Below are positions 9,819 through 20,902 of a stretch of 64,000 nt of DNA, one piece after another. The stretch spans positions 16,440-80,439 of the forward strand of contig JALEJU010000032.1 in NCBI GenBank assembly GCA_022769485.1, read 5' to 3'. A program made the translations under genes and the position numbers. The notes beneath the pieces were generated by a model. The model was not told the DNA's origin. It worked only from the letters and a program-made list of their open reading frames with translations, and searched no databases. The number at the start of each line of letters is the position of its first letter. The first letter of the stretch is position 1. The DNA is from Bacillota bacterium. Its GTDB lineage: Bacteria; Bacillota; Clostridia; Peptostreptococcales; Anaerovoracaceae.

Positions 9819-10689
9819 TGTTTCCACCTCCCAGTTCATAAATAAAAATTTCTTCCAAAGACAAGGGGAGCAGATCCAAAACCACAGGGTGATTTGCTTC
9901 TAAAATTCTGCTTACATCGTCTTTCGGATTTCTTACAATCAGCAAATCCACGGAGCCCCGGGATTCCTTGTGCAGGATATTCAGCCCTTCATAGGGATTT
10001 TCGACAGTGTCGCCGAAAACCACCTGAATTTTGTGAATATCCGATTTCAATTCATCCAGATCCCGTTCGATAATCATTTTGCCGTGGTCGAGGATGCCGA
10101 TAGAGTCGCAGATGCCTTCCATTTCTTTTAGGTTATGAGAAGAAACTAAGACGGTCATCTCCCGGTCTGCGACGTCTTCTACGATGAATTTCCATACCAA
10201 CTTTCTGACGATAGGATCCAACCCGTCAATGGGTTCGTCCAGAATCAGATAGTCCGGATTCGCAGACATGGTTAAAATAAACGCCGCCTGTTTCTGCATT
10301 CCCTTGGACAGACGAGACAGTTTTCTTTTAGGATCCAGCTCAAAAAGCTGGAGTAGATGCTCAAATCGTTCCTGGCTCCATGCAGGATAGAGCGAACTGT
10401 AAAATTTTGAAAACTCTCTCAGGTTGTAAGAACCGAAGAAGTACAGATCATCGGGAATAAACCCGGTGCGCTGCTTTAATCTCAAATTGTTATAAACAGG
10501 TTCCTCTTCCACTGTTATACTTCCTGAATCCGGGCGGTAAACGCCGGTAATGTGCTTTAATATGGTGGTTTTCCCCGAACCGTTGGTTCCGACCAGCCCG
10601 TAGATGGAGCCTTTCCGGACATTCAAATTCAAGTTGGACAGGGCGGTAAAGCCGTCGAAGGTTTTCGTTACATCGAGAACTTGAATCAT
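9793..10689 (-). CDS. ABC transporter ATP-binding protein
   Basis: Walker A GTNGSGKTT, the LSKGMQ signature and Walker B LILDEP are all present. Confidence 0.9.
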   Translation of the reverse strand: MIQVLDVTKTFDGFTALSNLNLNVRKGSIYGLVGTNGSGKTTILKHITGVYRPDSGSITVEEEPVYNNLRLKQRTGFIPDDLYFFGSYNLREFSKFYSSLYPAWSQERFEHLLQLFELDPKRKLSRLSKGMQKQAAFILTMSANPDYLILDEPIDGLDPIVRKLVWKFIVEDVADREMTVLVSSHNLKEMEGICDSIGILDHGKMIIERDLDELKSDIHKIQVVFGDTVENPYEGLNILHKESRGSVDLLIVRNPKDDVSRILEANHPVVLDLLPLSLEEIFIYELGGGNSEIKNILF

Positions 10690-11069
10690 ATAGTATAACC
10701 CCCTTCTTGCATAAGTTCCTGTATCAGCTTTTGAACGTCGTCTGTGGACAGCCCCAGATAACGAAGTTCGCGAAGCTCGCGGCCGATGGTTTCTTTCGAT
10801 TCCCGAAGCTTTTCTTCATCAAATTTGCGGTGCTCCCGGGGTGCTACGAAAGAACCCAGCCCGGATACGGAATAAAGATATCCCTGGCGTTCCAGTTCCC
10901 GATAAGCCTTTTGCACCGTGTTTGGGTTTACGGTCAGCGTTCGGGAAAGTTCCCTTACCGAAGGAAGTTTTTCTTCAGGAGCCAGAATACCGCTGATAAT
11001 GAATTCTTTTATGTTGTCGATTACCTGTTCGTAAATTGATTTGCGGCTTTTTAAATCAAGCTGAAACAT
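10686..11069 (-). CDS. GntR-family (YtrA-like) transcriptional regulator
   Basis: A short 127-aa protein with the GntR winged-helix motif (LPSVRELSRTLTVNPNTVQKAY). It overlaps the ABC ATPase gene by 4 nt. Confidence 0.9.
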   Translation of the reverse strand: MFQLDLKSRKSIYEQVIDNIKEFIISGILAPEEKLPSVRELSRTLTVNPNTVQKAYRELERQGYLYSVSGLGSFVAPREHRKFDEEKLRESKETIGRELRELRYLGLSTDDVQKLIQELMQEGGYTI

Positions 11070-11224
11070 AAAATCCCTCCTTTCGGACTAAGTGTACTAT
11101 GCGACACAGTACAATGTCAACGGCTTTTGTGAAAAAACACTGAGGAAAAATTGCAAAAGAGAAGGGGAATATGATAAAATAATAAATCAGTGCAGGGTCA
11201 ATATAAACGGAGGAGGAAAAACGG

Positions 11225-12232
11225 ATGAATGAAAACGCAGAAGTAAGAGAAGAAGTTTTTTATGAAAAGAAAAAAGGCCGGAAAAATACCGGACTGATGA
11301 TATTCCTGATCGTATTGGCCGTTTTTTTCGGATTTGTTTTTATTATGGCAGCTTTTAGTGAGAACGGCGCAAATTCCGCAAATTCTCCTTATATTGCAGT
11401 AATGCATGTGGAAGGCGTTATACAGTCGGATAACACGGGGTATTTCGGTGAATCGGAGGGATATCAGCACCAATGGACTCTGGAACAAATTGACGAACTT
11501 ATGTGGGACGATATGAACAAAGGCATCTTTCTGTTTCTGAATACTCCCGGCGGCGGTGTTTACGAAAGCGATGAACTGTATTTAAAGCTGAAGGAATATA
11601 AGGAAGAAACCGGTCGGCCGGTTTATGCTTATATGGGTTCTATGGCGGCTTCCGGCGGTTATTATATTTCGGCTGCGGCAGATAAAATCGCGGCTAACAG
11701 GAACTGCTGGACCGGTTCTATCGGCGTGACATTGGGAACTGTATATGATATTTCAGGTTTTTTAGAGCGCTACGGCATAACCGCGAAAACCATCACTTCC
11801 GGAGCAAACAAATCCATGGGCAGCTTTACAGAGCCTATGACGGAACAGCAGCAGCAGATTTACCGGTCTCTGGTAGACGAAGCGTATCTGCAGTTTGTTT
11901 CCATCGTAGCAGAGGGTCGGAATATGGAGGCTGAACGGGTAAAGCAGCTGGCGGACGGGCGGATTTATACGGCAAATCAGGCAAAGAACTTAGGTCTTGT
12001 AGACGAAGTGATGACCATGGACGAAGCCAAGGATGACATGCGGAAGCTTTACGGTCTGCAGGACGCTGAATTTCTGGATTTTGAATATGAGGATACTTCC
12101 GTACTGGGAAGCTTATTTGCAAAGCTCAGCTTACCGCAGCCGGAGGTGAAAGGCGATGTGTCCGCGGTTCTTTCTTTCGTACAAAATCAGCCGGATATGC
12201 CGATTAGTTATAAATGCGAGGTATTAAACTGA
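11225..12232 (+). CDS. sppA: signal peptide peptidase SppA (36K type)
   Basis: An N-terminal TM segment, then LNTPGGGV and [12 protein letters not shown], the ClpP/crotonase-like serine peptidase S49 motifs. Confidence 0.85.
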   Translation: MNENAEVREEVFYEKKKGRKNTGLMIFLIVLAVFFGFVFIMAAFSENGANSANSPYIAVMHVEGVIQSDNTGYFGESEGYQHQWTLEQIDELMWDDMNKGIFLFLNTPGGGVYESDELYLKLKEYKEETGRPVYAYMGSMAASGGYYISAAADKIAANRNCWTGSIGVTLGTVYDISGFLERYGITAKTITSGANKSMGSFTEPMTEQQQQIYRSLVDEAYLQFVSIVAEGRNMEAERVKQLADGRIYTANQAKNLGLVDEVMTMDEAKDDMRKLYGLQDAEFLDFEYEDTSVLGSLFAKLSLPQPEVKGDVSAVLSFVQNQPDMPISYKCEVLN

Positions 12233-13560
12233 TGAGCAAACCCATTTTGGCCGTTGTAGGACGGCCTAACGTAGGAAAATCCACTTTTTTTAATAAGGTT
12301 ATAGGGCGCCGGGTATCCATTGTAGAGGATACCCCGGGGGTAACCCGGGATCGAATTTATGCGGAGGCGGAGTGGTGCGGCCGAAGCTTTATTATGATCG
12401 ATACGGGGGGCATCGAACCGGCTTCGGAAGATATTATCCTGTCACAGATGCGTGCCCAGGCGGAAATTGCTATGGAAACAGCGGATGTGATTCTGTTTCT
12501 TGTAGACGGGAAAGACGGAATTACCAATGCGGACAGAGAAGTGGCATCTATGCTGATGCGGACGGGGAAGCCCGTTGTTCTGGGCGTGAATAAGGTAGAT
12601 TCCTCGAAGCTTCCGGATGACTTTTACGATTTTTACGAATTGGGGCTGGGAGAACCCATTCCTCTTTCGGCGGCCAATATGCTTGGGATCGGTGACGTGC
12701 TGGAATTGATTTCGGATCATTTTCCGGAAGAAAACAGCGGGGATGAGGATGACGACCGGGTCAAAATTGCGGTAATCGGGAAACCGAATGTGGGAAAATC
12801 TTCGCTGGTCAATGCGCTTTTGGGTGAGAACAGGGTCATCGTCAGCAACATTGCGGGGACGACAAGAGATTCCATCGACTCTCCCTTTGTCTGGAACGGC
12901 GAAGAATATATTTTGATCGATACCGCCGGTATCCGCAGAAAGAGCAAGGTTACGGGCGATATAGAGAGGTATAGTGTTATTCGTGCGATCAGCGCTATCG
13001 AACGCTGTGATGTATGTCTTTTGATGATCGACGCTTCGGAGGGGATCACGGAACAGGATAAAAAAATTGCCGGGGTGGCGCATGAAGAAGGAAAAGGGCT
13101 GATCGTGGTAGTGAACAAGTGGGATCTGATCGAGAAGGAAACAAACACCATGAACGAGTTCCGGAAGAAGATCCAGCAGGAGCTGCCCTTTATGACATAC
13201 GCGCCTTCGCTGTTTATTTCCGTTGCGGAAAACCAGCGGGTTTCCCGGGTGATGGAACTGGCCAAATACGTTTCGGAAATGCGGGCTATGCGTGTGCCTA
13301 CGGGACAGCTGAACAGCTTGATTATCGATGCGCAGATGATGAAACAGCCGCCTTCGGACAAGGGCAAGCGCCTGAAGATTTATTATGTAACACAGGTGGG
13401 CGTAAAGCCTCCTCTGTTCTCGTTCCAGGTCAATAAGCGGGAACTGATGCATTTTTCCTATGCGCGTTACCTGGAAAACAAGATCAGAGAAAGTTATGGA
13501 TTCGAGGGTACGTCCATTAAGTTCGTATTCCGCGAAAAGGGGGAGAAGGAAGATGTCTGA
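12232..13560 (+). CDS. der: ribosome-associated GTPase Der (EngA)
   Basis: Two tandem GTPase domains (GRPNVGKST and GKPNVGKSS) plus a KH-like C-terminus. The ATG overlaps the sppA stop as ATGA. Confidence 0.95.
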   Translation: MSKPILAVVGRPNVGKSTFFNKVIGRRVSIVEDTPGVTRDRIYAEAEWCGRSFIMIDTGGIEPASEDIILSQMRAQAEIAMETADVILFLVDGKDGITNADREVASMLMRTGKPVVLGVNKVDSSKLPDDFYDFYELGLGEPIPLSAANMLGIGDVLELISDHFPEENSGDEDDDRVKIAVIGKPNVGKSSLVNALLGENRVIVSNIAGTTRDSIDSPFVWNGEEYILIDTAGIRRKSKVTGDIERYSVIRAISAIERCDVCLLMIDASEGITEQDKKIAGVAHEEGKGLIVVVNKWDLIEKETNTMNEFRKKIQQELPFMTYAPSLFISVAENQRVSRVMELAKYVSEMRAMRVPTGQLNSLIIDAQMMKQPPSDKGKRLKIYYVTQVGVKPPLFSFQVNKRELMHFSYARYLENKIRESYGFEGTSIKFVFREKGEKEDV

Positions 13561-14167
13561 TTCCGTTTTAAATATGGCGCTTGCTTTAATAATCGCGTAT
13601 TTCTTAGGGAATATTTCACCGGCTATTCTCATCGGGAAATCCATGGGAGTAGACATTCGGAAAGAGGGCAGCGGAAACGCGGGAACTACTAACGTCCTGC
13701 GGGTGTTAGGAAAAAAAGCCGCCGCGGCTACTCTGGTGATCGATATCCTGAAAGGAGTAGCCGCTGTGCTCATCGGCCGTGCCCTGGGGGGAGGCAGTGC
13801 GCTGCTAAGCCCCGATACACTGGCTTTGCTGTGCGGCTATGCGGTAATTTTAGGGCATGTATGGCCTGTGGTTTTTCGATTTCGCGGAGGAAAGGGAGTG
13901 GCCACGGGCGCCGGGGTGCTGTTTGCTTTTGACTGGCGCATCGGCCTGGTTTGCCTTCTTGTGGCAATTCTCGGGTTTGTTCTTGCGAAAAGGGTGTCCG
14001 TGGGGGCTTTGATGGCGGCGGTGATTTTGGTTCCGGCGGCATTTTATTTCCAGCCCGGCTATGAGCTGTTTTTCCTCCCCATTTCCCTGGTGGTTATCTT
14101 TATGCACAGAAGTAATATCCGCAGGCTGATAAACGGAACGGAACCGAAAATAAGCTTTAAAAAATAA
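13553..14167 (+). CDS. plsY: glycerol-3-phosphate acyltransferase PlsY
   Basis: [18 protein letters not shown] and RGGKGVAT motifs in a polytopic membrane protein. The start at 13553 overlaps the der stop. Confidence 0.9.
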   Translation: MSDSVLNMALALIIAYFLGNISPAILIGKSMGVDIRKEGSGNAGTTNVLRVLGKKAAAATLVIDILKGVAAVLIGRALGGGSALLSPDTLALLCGYAVILGHVWPVVFRFRGGKGVATGAGVLFAFDWRIGLVCLLVAILGFVLAKRVSVGALMAAVILVPAAFYFQPGYELFFLPISLVVIFMHRSNIRRLINGTEPKISFKK

Positions 14168-14213
14168 AAATGATTGTAGTGCGGCGGCTTGAAAAGTGCC
14201 GAAGGAGAATGTT

Positions 14214-15224
14214 ATGGAACAGAAAATCGCGGTTTTAGGTGCGGGAAGCTGGGGGACGGCTCTGGCTATCTGTCTTTCGGAAAACGGGCATTCGGTTAAG
14301 ATGTGGGACATCAACCCGGAGCATTTGCAGGAACTGAAGGAAAAAAGGGAAAACGTACGTTATTTGCCGGGAATTGCTTTCGGAGAAAAGCTGGCCTTGG
14401 CAGACAGCCCGGAGGAAGCCGTCCGCGGCGCGGATATGGTTTTATTTTCCGTGCCCGCGCAGCATTTCCGCAGTGCGCTGGAAGGGGTAATTCCTTATCT
14501 TACGGATTCCATGGTGCTGGTTAATGTGGCCAAGGGGATTGAACAGAAATCTCTGATGAGGATCTCGGAGATCGTAAAGGAGAAGCTGCCGGAGGCGAAA
14601 TTCGCAGTGCTTTCCGGGCCTTCTCACGCGGAGGAAGTGGGCAGGAAAATACCTACCACTGTGGTAGCGGCTTCGGAAGATTTAGCGCTGGCAGAATATG
14701 TACAGGATGTATTCATGTGTGACTGGTTTCGGGTATACACCAACACGGATGTGGTCGGCGTAGAGCTGGGCGGCGCATTGAAAAATATTATCGCTTTGGG
14801 TGCGGGAATCTCCGACGGCATGGGCTATGGGGATAACACAAAGGCGGCTATGATGACCCGGGGAATTGCCGAAATGACCCGTTTGGGCACTGCCATGGGA
14901 GCGGATATCTCCACCTTTGCGGGGCTTTCGGGAATCGGCGACTTGATCGTTACCTGCTGCAGTATGCACAGCCGAAACCGCCGGTGCGGTATTTTGATCG
15001 GCCAAGGGGTAAAGCCTTCCGAAGCAACAAAGCAGGTGGGTATGGTAGTAGAGGGGATGTTCACTACGGAGGCGGCTTATCAGCTGGCTTCCAGGCTGGG
15101 CGTGGAAATGCCGATTACAGAGAGCATTTACAATACTATCAATGATAAAATCGACGCCCGGGAGGCTGTGCGTGCCTTGATGACCCGCCAGAAAAAACAC
15201 GAGACAAAAGCACAGGAGCAGTAA
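14214..15224 (+). CDS. gpsA: NAD(P)H-dependent glycerol-3-phosphate dehydrogenase
   Basis: IAVLGAGSWGTALA Rossmann motif plus LKNIIALGAG. An AAGGAGA RBS lies before ATG 14214. Confidence 0.95.
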   Translation: MEQKIAVLGAGSWGTALAICLSENGHSVKMWDINPEHLQELKEKRENVRYLPGIAFGEKLALADSPEEAVRGADMVLFSVPAQHFRSALEGVIPYLTDSMVLVNVAKGIEQKSLMRISEIVKEKLPEAKFAVLSGPSHAEEVGRKIPTTVVAASEDLALAEYVQDVFMCDWFRVYTNTDVVGVELGGALKNIIALGAGISDGMGYGDNTKAAMMTRGIAEMTRLGTAMGADISTFAGLSGIGDLIVTCCSMHSRNRRCGILIGQGVKPSEATKQVGMVVEGMFTTEAAYQLASRLGVEMPITESIYNTINDKIDAREAVRALMTRQKKHETKAQEQ

Positions 15225-15227
15225 AAA

Positions 15228-16562
15228 ATGGAAAAAACCTTTCATATTCAGACCTTCGGATGCCAGATGAACGAGCGGGATTCCGAAACGCTGGCAGGAA
15301 TGCTGATACAAAAAGGGTATACGGAAACCCCGGTGCGGGCGCAGGCGGATATTATTATCGTCAACACCTGCAGTGTGCGGGACAATGCGGATAAGCGTTT
15401 TTTCGGCACGTTGGGGCAGATTAAGAAAATCAAGGAGCAAAATCCGGAACTGATTACAGCCGTATGCGGGTGCATGATGCAGCAGCAGCACATTGTGGAC
15501 ACGGTAAAAAGCAAATATCCTTGGGTGGATTTGGTGTTCGGTACGCATAATATCCATGAATTTCCCCGCCTTTTGGAAAACATAGAAAATGAGAAAAAAA
15601 AGCTGGTGGCCGTTTGGGAAGACGGCGGCGAAATTGTGGAAGGCCTGCCTTCGGAACGCAGATATCCTTTTAAATCATTTGTGAATATCATGTACGGCTG
15701 CAACAATTTCTGCACTTACTGCATCGTTCCTTATACAAGAGGGCGGGAACGCAGCCGCAAGCCCTCGGAAATCCGAAAGGAAGCAGAGGCGCTGGTAAAA
15801 GACGGCGTGAAAGAGATTACTCTCCTGGGGCAGAATGTGAATTCCTATCGGGGCAGTGAAGATGCCGATTCCGATTCTTATATGGATTTTTCCGATTTGC
15901 TTCGCATGTTAAACGGGATTCCGGGGTTGGAGAGGATTCGTTTTATGACGTCCCACCCTAAGGATCTTTCGGAACGCCTGATTCAGGCTTACGGAGATTG
16001 TGAAAAACTTTGCCGCCACATTCATCTGCCGGTGCAGTCCGGCAGCAGTCGGATTTTAAAAGAAATGAATCGCCGTTACGGCAAAGAAGAATATCTGGAT
16101 CTTGTAAGACGGCTGCGTGAGGCAGTGCCGGATATCGCCATTACTACGGATATTATCGTGGGGTTTCCCGGGGAGACCGAAGAGGATTTTTCAGAAACTC
16201 TGGATTTGGTCAAAAAGGCAGGCTTTGATTCGGCTTTTACATTCCTGTATTCCATTCGGAAAGGAACCCCTGCAGCGGAATATGAAAATCAGATTCCGGA
16301 GGAAATAAAACACGAGCGGTTTAATCGCTTAGTGGACGCGGTCAATGAAATTTCGGCATCGAAGAATAGAGAAATGGTAGGGAAGGTTGCAGATGTGCTG
16401 GCGGAGGGACAGAGCAAGAACGACCCGACCATTAACACCGGAAGAACCAGCGGGCACAAGCTGGTGAATTTCAAAGGGAAGCCGGGGATTACGGGACAGA
16501 TTGTTAAGGTAAAGATTACCGGAAGCAATACGTTCAGCTTGGTTGGAGAACAAGAGGAATAG
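15228..16562 (+). CDS. miaB: tRNA-2-methylthio-N6-dimethylallyladenosine synthase (radical SAM methylthiotransferase)
   Basis: FHIQTFGCQMN at the N-terminus, the CNNFCTYC radical SAM motif, and a C-terminal TRAM domain. Confidence 0.9.
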   Translation: MEKTFHIQTFGCQMNERDSETLAGMLIQKGYTETPVRAQADIIIVNTCSVRDNADKRFFGTLGQIKKIKEQNPELITAVCGCMMQQQHIVDTVKSKYPWVDLVFGTHNIHEFPRLLENIENEKKKLVAVWEDGGEIVEGLPSERRYPFKSFVNIMYGCNNFCTYCIVPYTRGRERSRKPSEIRKEAEALVKDGVKEITLLGQNVNSYRGSEDADSDSYMDFSDLLRMLNGIPGLERIRFMTSHPKDLSERLIQAYGDCEKLCRHIHLPVQSGSSRILKEMNRRYGKEEYLDLVRRLREAVPDIAITTDIIVGFPGETEEDFSETLDLVKKAGFDSAFTFLYSIRKGTPAAEYENQIPEEIKHERFNRLVDAVNEISASKNREMVGKVADVLAEGQSKNDPTINTGRTSGHKLVNFKGKPGITGQIVKVKITGSNTFSLVGEQEE

Positions 16563-16712
16563 ATTTTAATATTTTGAAATACAGCGTTCTGCGGCTGCGA
16601 AATCAAAGCTGCGGGCGCTTTTTCTTTGCGTTTGTCTTTTTCTTCTTGTCATAATTCGGACGGCTCGTTCATATTCATGTACAAATATTTGAGGGATTCG
16701 GAGGAAAAAGAT

Positions 16713-18194
16713 ATGGCAACGGGAACAAATATCTATCAAGATATTGCAGCACGGACGGCGGGCAATATTTATATGGGGATTGTAGGGCCGGTTCGCACGG
16801 GAAAATCCACATTTATCAAGCGTTTTATGGATCTTCTGGTTTTGCCGAATGTGGCCGATGCCTACGAAAAAGAGCGAGTGCAGGATGAATTGCCCCAGAG
16901 CGGCAGCGGAAGAACGATTATGACCACAGAACCGAAGTTTATTCCTGCGGAAGCGGTTTCTTTGAATTTGCCGGGAAATCTGCATTTAAAGGTCAGATTG
17001 GTAGACTGCGTGGGGTATATGGTCAAAAGCGCCATGGGGCACATGGAAAACGGACAGTCGCGTATGGTTCATACTCCATGGAAAGAAGAAGCTATGTCTT
17101 TTGAAGAAGCAGCAGAGTACGGGACGCGGAAAGTGATTAACGACCATTCTACGGTTGGGATTGTAGTCACCACAGACGGAAGCATCGGTGATTTTGCCAG
17201 AGAGGATTATCTGGAAGCAGAAAAGCGTGTGGTTGAAGAATTGTCAAAACAGGGAAAACCTTTTGTAGTGGTTTTGAATTCAGCTGTGCCGGAAAGCCCC
17301 CGGACGGCGGCATTGGCAGCGGAAATGGAAGAAACTTACGGAGTGCCGGTGGAAGCGGTAAACTGTGCGATGATGAATACCGCGCAGCTGGAACGTATTT
17401 TAACCCGCGTATTAACCCAGTTCCCGGCTATGGAAATCGGGTTCTGCCTTCCGGGATTTATTGAAGGACTTCCCAATAAACATCGGATCAAGAGCGGCAT
17501 TTTAGAAAGTATTCGCTGCTTCTGCGGCGATTTTGAAACCGTTCGGGATGTGGAAAATGCCGTTTCTCTGCTGGCGGACGGAGCGGTAATACAGTCGGCA
17601 AAAATCGAATCTGTAGATTTAGGAAAGGGATCTGTTCGTGTGGTTATGGAGCCTGTATCCGGTCTGTTTTACCAGGTTATCGGTGAAATTATGGATTGCG
17701 AAATTCAGGATGACAGCTCCTTCTTTGCCCTTCTGAAGGATTGTGCCGGAGCAAAACGGTCTTATGACAAGCTGGCTGCGGCCTTAGAGCAAGTAGAGGA
17801 GGAGGGTTACGGCATCGTGCAGCCGGAGCTGACGGATATGGTATTGGAAGAACCGGAAATTTTCAAACAGGGAAGCAAGTTCGGGGTTCGTTTGAGAGCA
17901 CAGGCGCCGTCTCTGCACATTATAAAAACCAGCGTCAGCACAGAAGTGGCTCCTGTTGTAGGCAGCGAACGGCAGAGTGAAGATCTGATCGAATATCTGC
18001 TTTCGGAGTTTGAAAGCGATCCGGCTAAAATCTGGGATACTAATATTTTCGGAAAATCTTTGCAGGAAATGGTGACAGAGCAGATGGAAAACAAATTGGC
18101 CAATGTGCCTCATCACATTCGAAGCAAGCTTCGGAATTCGCTGCAGAAAATTTCCGATGAAGGAAAGGAATATCTGATCTGCGTAGTTTTATAA
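16713..18194 (+). CDS. spoIVA: stage IV sporulation protein A
   Basis: The product is collinear with Bacillus SpoIVA as I remember it: IYQDIAARTAGNIYMGIVGPVRTGKSTFIKRFM, TIMTTEPKF, RLVDCVGY, and the C-terminal LICVVL. Confidence 0.95.
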   Translation: MATGTNIYQDIAARTAGNIYMGIVGPVRTGKSTFIKRFMDLLVLPNVADAYEKERVQDELPQSGSGRTIMTTEPKFIPAEAVSLNLPGNLHLKVRLVDCVGYMVKSAMGHMENGQSRMVHTPWKEEAMSFEEAAEYGTRKVINDHSTVGIVVTTDGSIGDFAREDYLEAEKRVVEELSKQGKPFVVVLNSAVPESPRTAALAAEMEETYGVPVEAVNCAMMNTAQLERILTRVLTQFPAMEIGFCLPGFIEGLPNKHRIKSGILESIRCFCGDFETVRDVENAVSLLADGAVIQSAKIESVDLGKGSVRVVMEPVSGLFYQVIGEIMDCEIQDDSSFFALLKDCAGAKRSYDKLAAALEQVEEEGYGIVQPELTDMVLEEPEIFKQGSKFGVRLRAQAPSLHIIKTSVSTEVAPVVGSERQSEDLIEYLLSEFESDPAKIWDTNIFGKSLQEMVTEQMENKLANVPHHIRSKLRNSLQKISDEGKEYLICVVL

Positions 18195-18378
18195 ATCAGA
18201 AATTCCGAAAAAACAAATGGCTGCGGAGCAAACCGTATGGGGCGCTTTGCGGCCTTTATTTTTTTTTATTTTCATAAATATTACAAATCAAATTTCATAT
18301 TTACAACGTCTATAAAAAAGAAGATAATTGATAAAAAATATTGTGAAAGCAAGTAAAAATCTTGAGGGGGGGAAAATT

Positions 18379-19302
18379 ATGAAACAATGGAGTAAATTAA
18401 TCGTATTTGTTATGGTTTTGCTGCTGAGCGTATTTGCGGTTTCCGGGTGCGGGGACAGAGAGAAAGCAGAGGATCCGTCTGTGCAGGAAGAAAAAGGGGA
18501 AAGTCTGCACTTTTCGCCGGAGGAATATCCGAAAGTTGACGGGTCTACTGCTACGATTCCGTTTTCAGAGGCCGTTGCGGCAGCTGTGATGGATCTTCCC
18601 ATCGAGGAAGCCCGGCAGTATATTGTGCATAATACAACGCACAATGCATATGTGAATTTAATTAACGGAGACTGTGATATTATCTTTGTATCTCCGCCGT
18701 CGGAAGAAGAATTGCAGCTGGCGGCAGATTCCGGTGTGGAGCTGGATGTAATTCCTATGCTGCGGGGCGGTTTTGTATTCTTTGTCAACGAAGATAACCC
18801 GGTAGAAAATGTGAAATTCCAGGATATTGTAGATATTTATTCCGGGAAGATAACCAATTGGAAACAGCTTGGCGGAGAAAACAAGAAAATTATCGCTTAT
18901 CAGCGGCAGGAAAACTCCGGAAGCCAGACCGGTATGCTGAAGCTGGTTATGAAAGATACGCCTATGATGGAAGCGCCCAGAGAGCAGATGATTGGAGATA
19001 TGGGGACTATTATCGATGCCGTAGCGCTGTATGATAATGATGCTTCCGCTATCGGATACTCATACTATTATTATGTAAAAAATATGTGGGGAGATGAGCA
19101 TATTAAGCTGTTGGCCGTAGACGGAATCGCTCCCAGCGATGAAACTATCGGGAACGGTACATATCCCATCGTATCTACCACTTATATGGTTCTCAGAAAA
19201 GATGAGCCAAAGGACAGCAATGCCAGAAAGCTGGCGGATTGGATTTTGAGCGATGAAGGTCAAAGCGTTGCCGAGGAGGCCGGATATGTGCGGCTGCAGT
19301 AG
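18379..19302 (+). CDS. PstS-family (PBP-like) substrate-binding lipoprotein; no pstCAB genes nearby
   Basis: Lipobox AVSGC, then GSTATIPF and the QRQENSGSQ pattern typical of phosphate-binding-protein-like domains. No cognate permease or ATPase gene lies within several kb. Confidence 0.7.
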   Translation: MKQWSKLIVFVMVLLLSVFAVSGCGDREKAEDPSVQEEKGESLHFSPEEYPKVDGSTATIPFSEAVAAAVMDLPIEEARQYIVHNTTHNAYVNLINGDCDIIFVSPPSEEELQLAADSGVELDVIPMLRGGFVFFVNEDNPVENVKFQDIVDIYSGKITNWKQLGGENKKIIAYQRQENSGSQTGMLKLVMKDTPMMEAPREQMIGDMGTIIDAVALYDNDASAIGYSYYYYVKNMWGDEHIKLLAVDGIAPSDETIGNGTYPIVSTTYMVLRKDEPKDSNARKLADWILSDEGQSVAEEAGYVRLQ

Positions 19303-20902
19303 GCGAACCGCCGGCCGGCGCGCGGGGGCTCTGCTTTTAGCAGCGGCTTTGATTCCTGCTTTGCTGACCGGATGCGGCAAACCGGAAGAAAAACCGGGTA
19401 CGTTAGATCCGCTGATGGAAAATCAGTTAAAAACGGAGCCTTTGTCGTATTTTTGTTTCAATCCCATTGAAGTTGAGGAATACACTGTAAAGTTAGAAAA
19501 TTTTACAGAGGAAGGGAATATTATTGATTCGGATAAAATAGCCGTTAATCATAAATCTGTGCGCATAGAAGGCTTGAAAAACGAGGCTGTACAGAAAAAA
19601 ATCAATAAAACCATACAGGATACCTGCAAGGAGCTGGCAGAACGGAATGTGGCTCCGTACCGGGGTGTGAAAAAAGCGATCGGCAGCTGGCCTTTAAAGA
19701 TGGACGAAATTACCGTTTATGCCGGCGCAAACTTTAATAATATTTTGAGTATTTATTTTCAACGCTGCATGAGCTTTGAAGATCCGGAGGAAACAAACAC
19801 CGATGATTGGACGTATCACGAGATGATCAGTATACTGGATCAGTGCTGTTTAAATCTTGATTTGAACACGGGAGAGCAGTTCTCTTTGAAGGATGTATTT
19901 GCGGACGGATTTGATTATCTGGAATTTTTGAATAACCGTGTGGCGGAGGCGGCTGCTTTGAGCTTTGCGGAAGATGAAGTTTACAGCCCGTCCGGTTCTC
20001 TAAAGTTGGCGGCGCCGTTTACAGGACTGAAAGAAGATCAGAAATTTTATATCCAATCCGGAGGTCAGTTGGTTTTGGTTCTGGATTATGATACTCCCGA
20101 ATTTGTTCTGGAGTGGTACAATCCGAATACCGTTCCCGTATTTTATGATGATTGTCAGGGGAACATGGTGTTGCCCCAGCGTTTCTGGAGCAGGGATTCC
20201 GATTTATTTGTATCGAAGGAAGAGCCGGTATACTTTTTCCCGATTTCGGATCAGTCCATAGATGTTCTGATCAGTGATACGGGGGAAGATGCGGATGGGC
20301 TGTTGAGCTACGGCAGATATTTCAGCTGTGATGTAAAAACACCGGAAGTGCTGAGGGATGTTCTTTTAAAAGGTTCTGAAATGGATCCCCAGAGGCTGCG
20401 GAAGCTGAAAGAGGAATGCCTCGCAGCCGGCAGTCCGGGAGACGGAGCAAATGCCGGATATTACAGCTTGTACGGATATGCGGATGTGGTCGACCGGTAT
20501 TGCAGCCTTGCAAATGATGAATATTGCTATGTGTACAGGACGGATGCAACTTCCCAGTGCGTACAGTATGCCTGTTATGATCTTTACAGTATGCGGCGGC
20601 TTGGTTTATCGGACATTTTCAAAGACGGCTTTGATTACAGAGAAATCCTGACAGAAGCGTATTTAAAGCAATTAGAAGAGGCGGAAGTGGAAAACGCGGG
20701 AGAATCCCAGCCGATAACCGGCATGAGTAAAGAGGAACTCAAGGCATATCTGTTGGATCATTCCGAAGATTGGGAGCAGAATTTCCAAATTGATACCGGC
20801 GGGGTGAATGTAATGTTCTTTTCGGAAAGCGACAGCGGTGTGCGTTCCACATATCTTTCCTTCGAAGATATTGGCTGCAGCAATTTGAAGTTGTTCGAAT
20901 AA
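19286..20902 (+). CDS. lipoprotein with two tandem related modules (RsiV/DUF3298-like)
   Basis: Lipobox LLTGC. Two related modules each carry the motif [KS]D[VI]F.DGFDY.E.L (KDVFADGFDYLEFL and SDIFKDGFDYREIL). The start overlaps the preceding gene by 17 nt, and GAGGAGG lies upstream. Confidence 0.6.
   Translation: MCGCSRRTAGRRAGALLLAAALIPALLTGCGKPEEKPGTLDPLMENQLKTEPLSYFCFNPIEVEEYTVKLENFTEEGNIIDSDKIAVNHKSVRIEGLKNEAVQKKINKTIQDTCKELAERNVAPYRGVKKAIGSWPLKMDEITVYAGANFNNILSIYFQRCMSFEDPEETNTDDWTYHEMISILDQCCLNLDLNTGEQFSLKDVFADGFDYLEFLNNRVAEAAALSFAEDEVYSPSGSLKLAAPFTGLKEDQKFYIQSGGQLVLVLDYDTPEFVLEWYNPNTVPVFYDDCQGNMVLPQRFWSRDSDLFVSKEEPVYFFPISDQSIDVLISDTGEDADGLLSYGRYFSCDVKTPEVLRDVLLKGSEMDPQRLRKLKEECLAAGSPGDGANAGYYSLYGYADVVDRYCSLANDEYCYVYRTDATSQCVQYACYDLYSMRRLGLSDIFKDGFDYREILTEAYLKQLEEAEVENAGESQPITGMSKEELKAYLLDHSEDWEQNFQIDTGGVNVMFFSESDSGVRSTYLSFEDIGCSNLKLFE

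Noticed and set aside
12442-13773. 443-codon minus-strand ORF
   Set aside because: It is entirely antisense to der and plsY, which have unambiguous GTPase and PlsY motifs. It is a typical shadow ORF.
16640-16712. Sigma-E type sporulation promoter upstream of spoIVA (TCATAAT ... CATATTCA)
   Set aside because: It is plausible by position and by partial resemblance to the sigma-E consensus. However, the match and spacing are too loose to report as a feature without experimental or comparative support.
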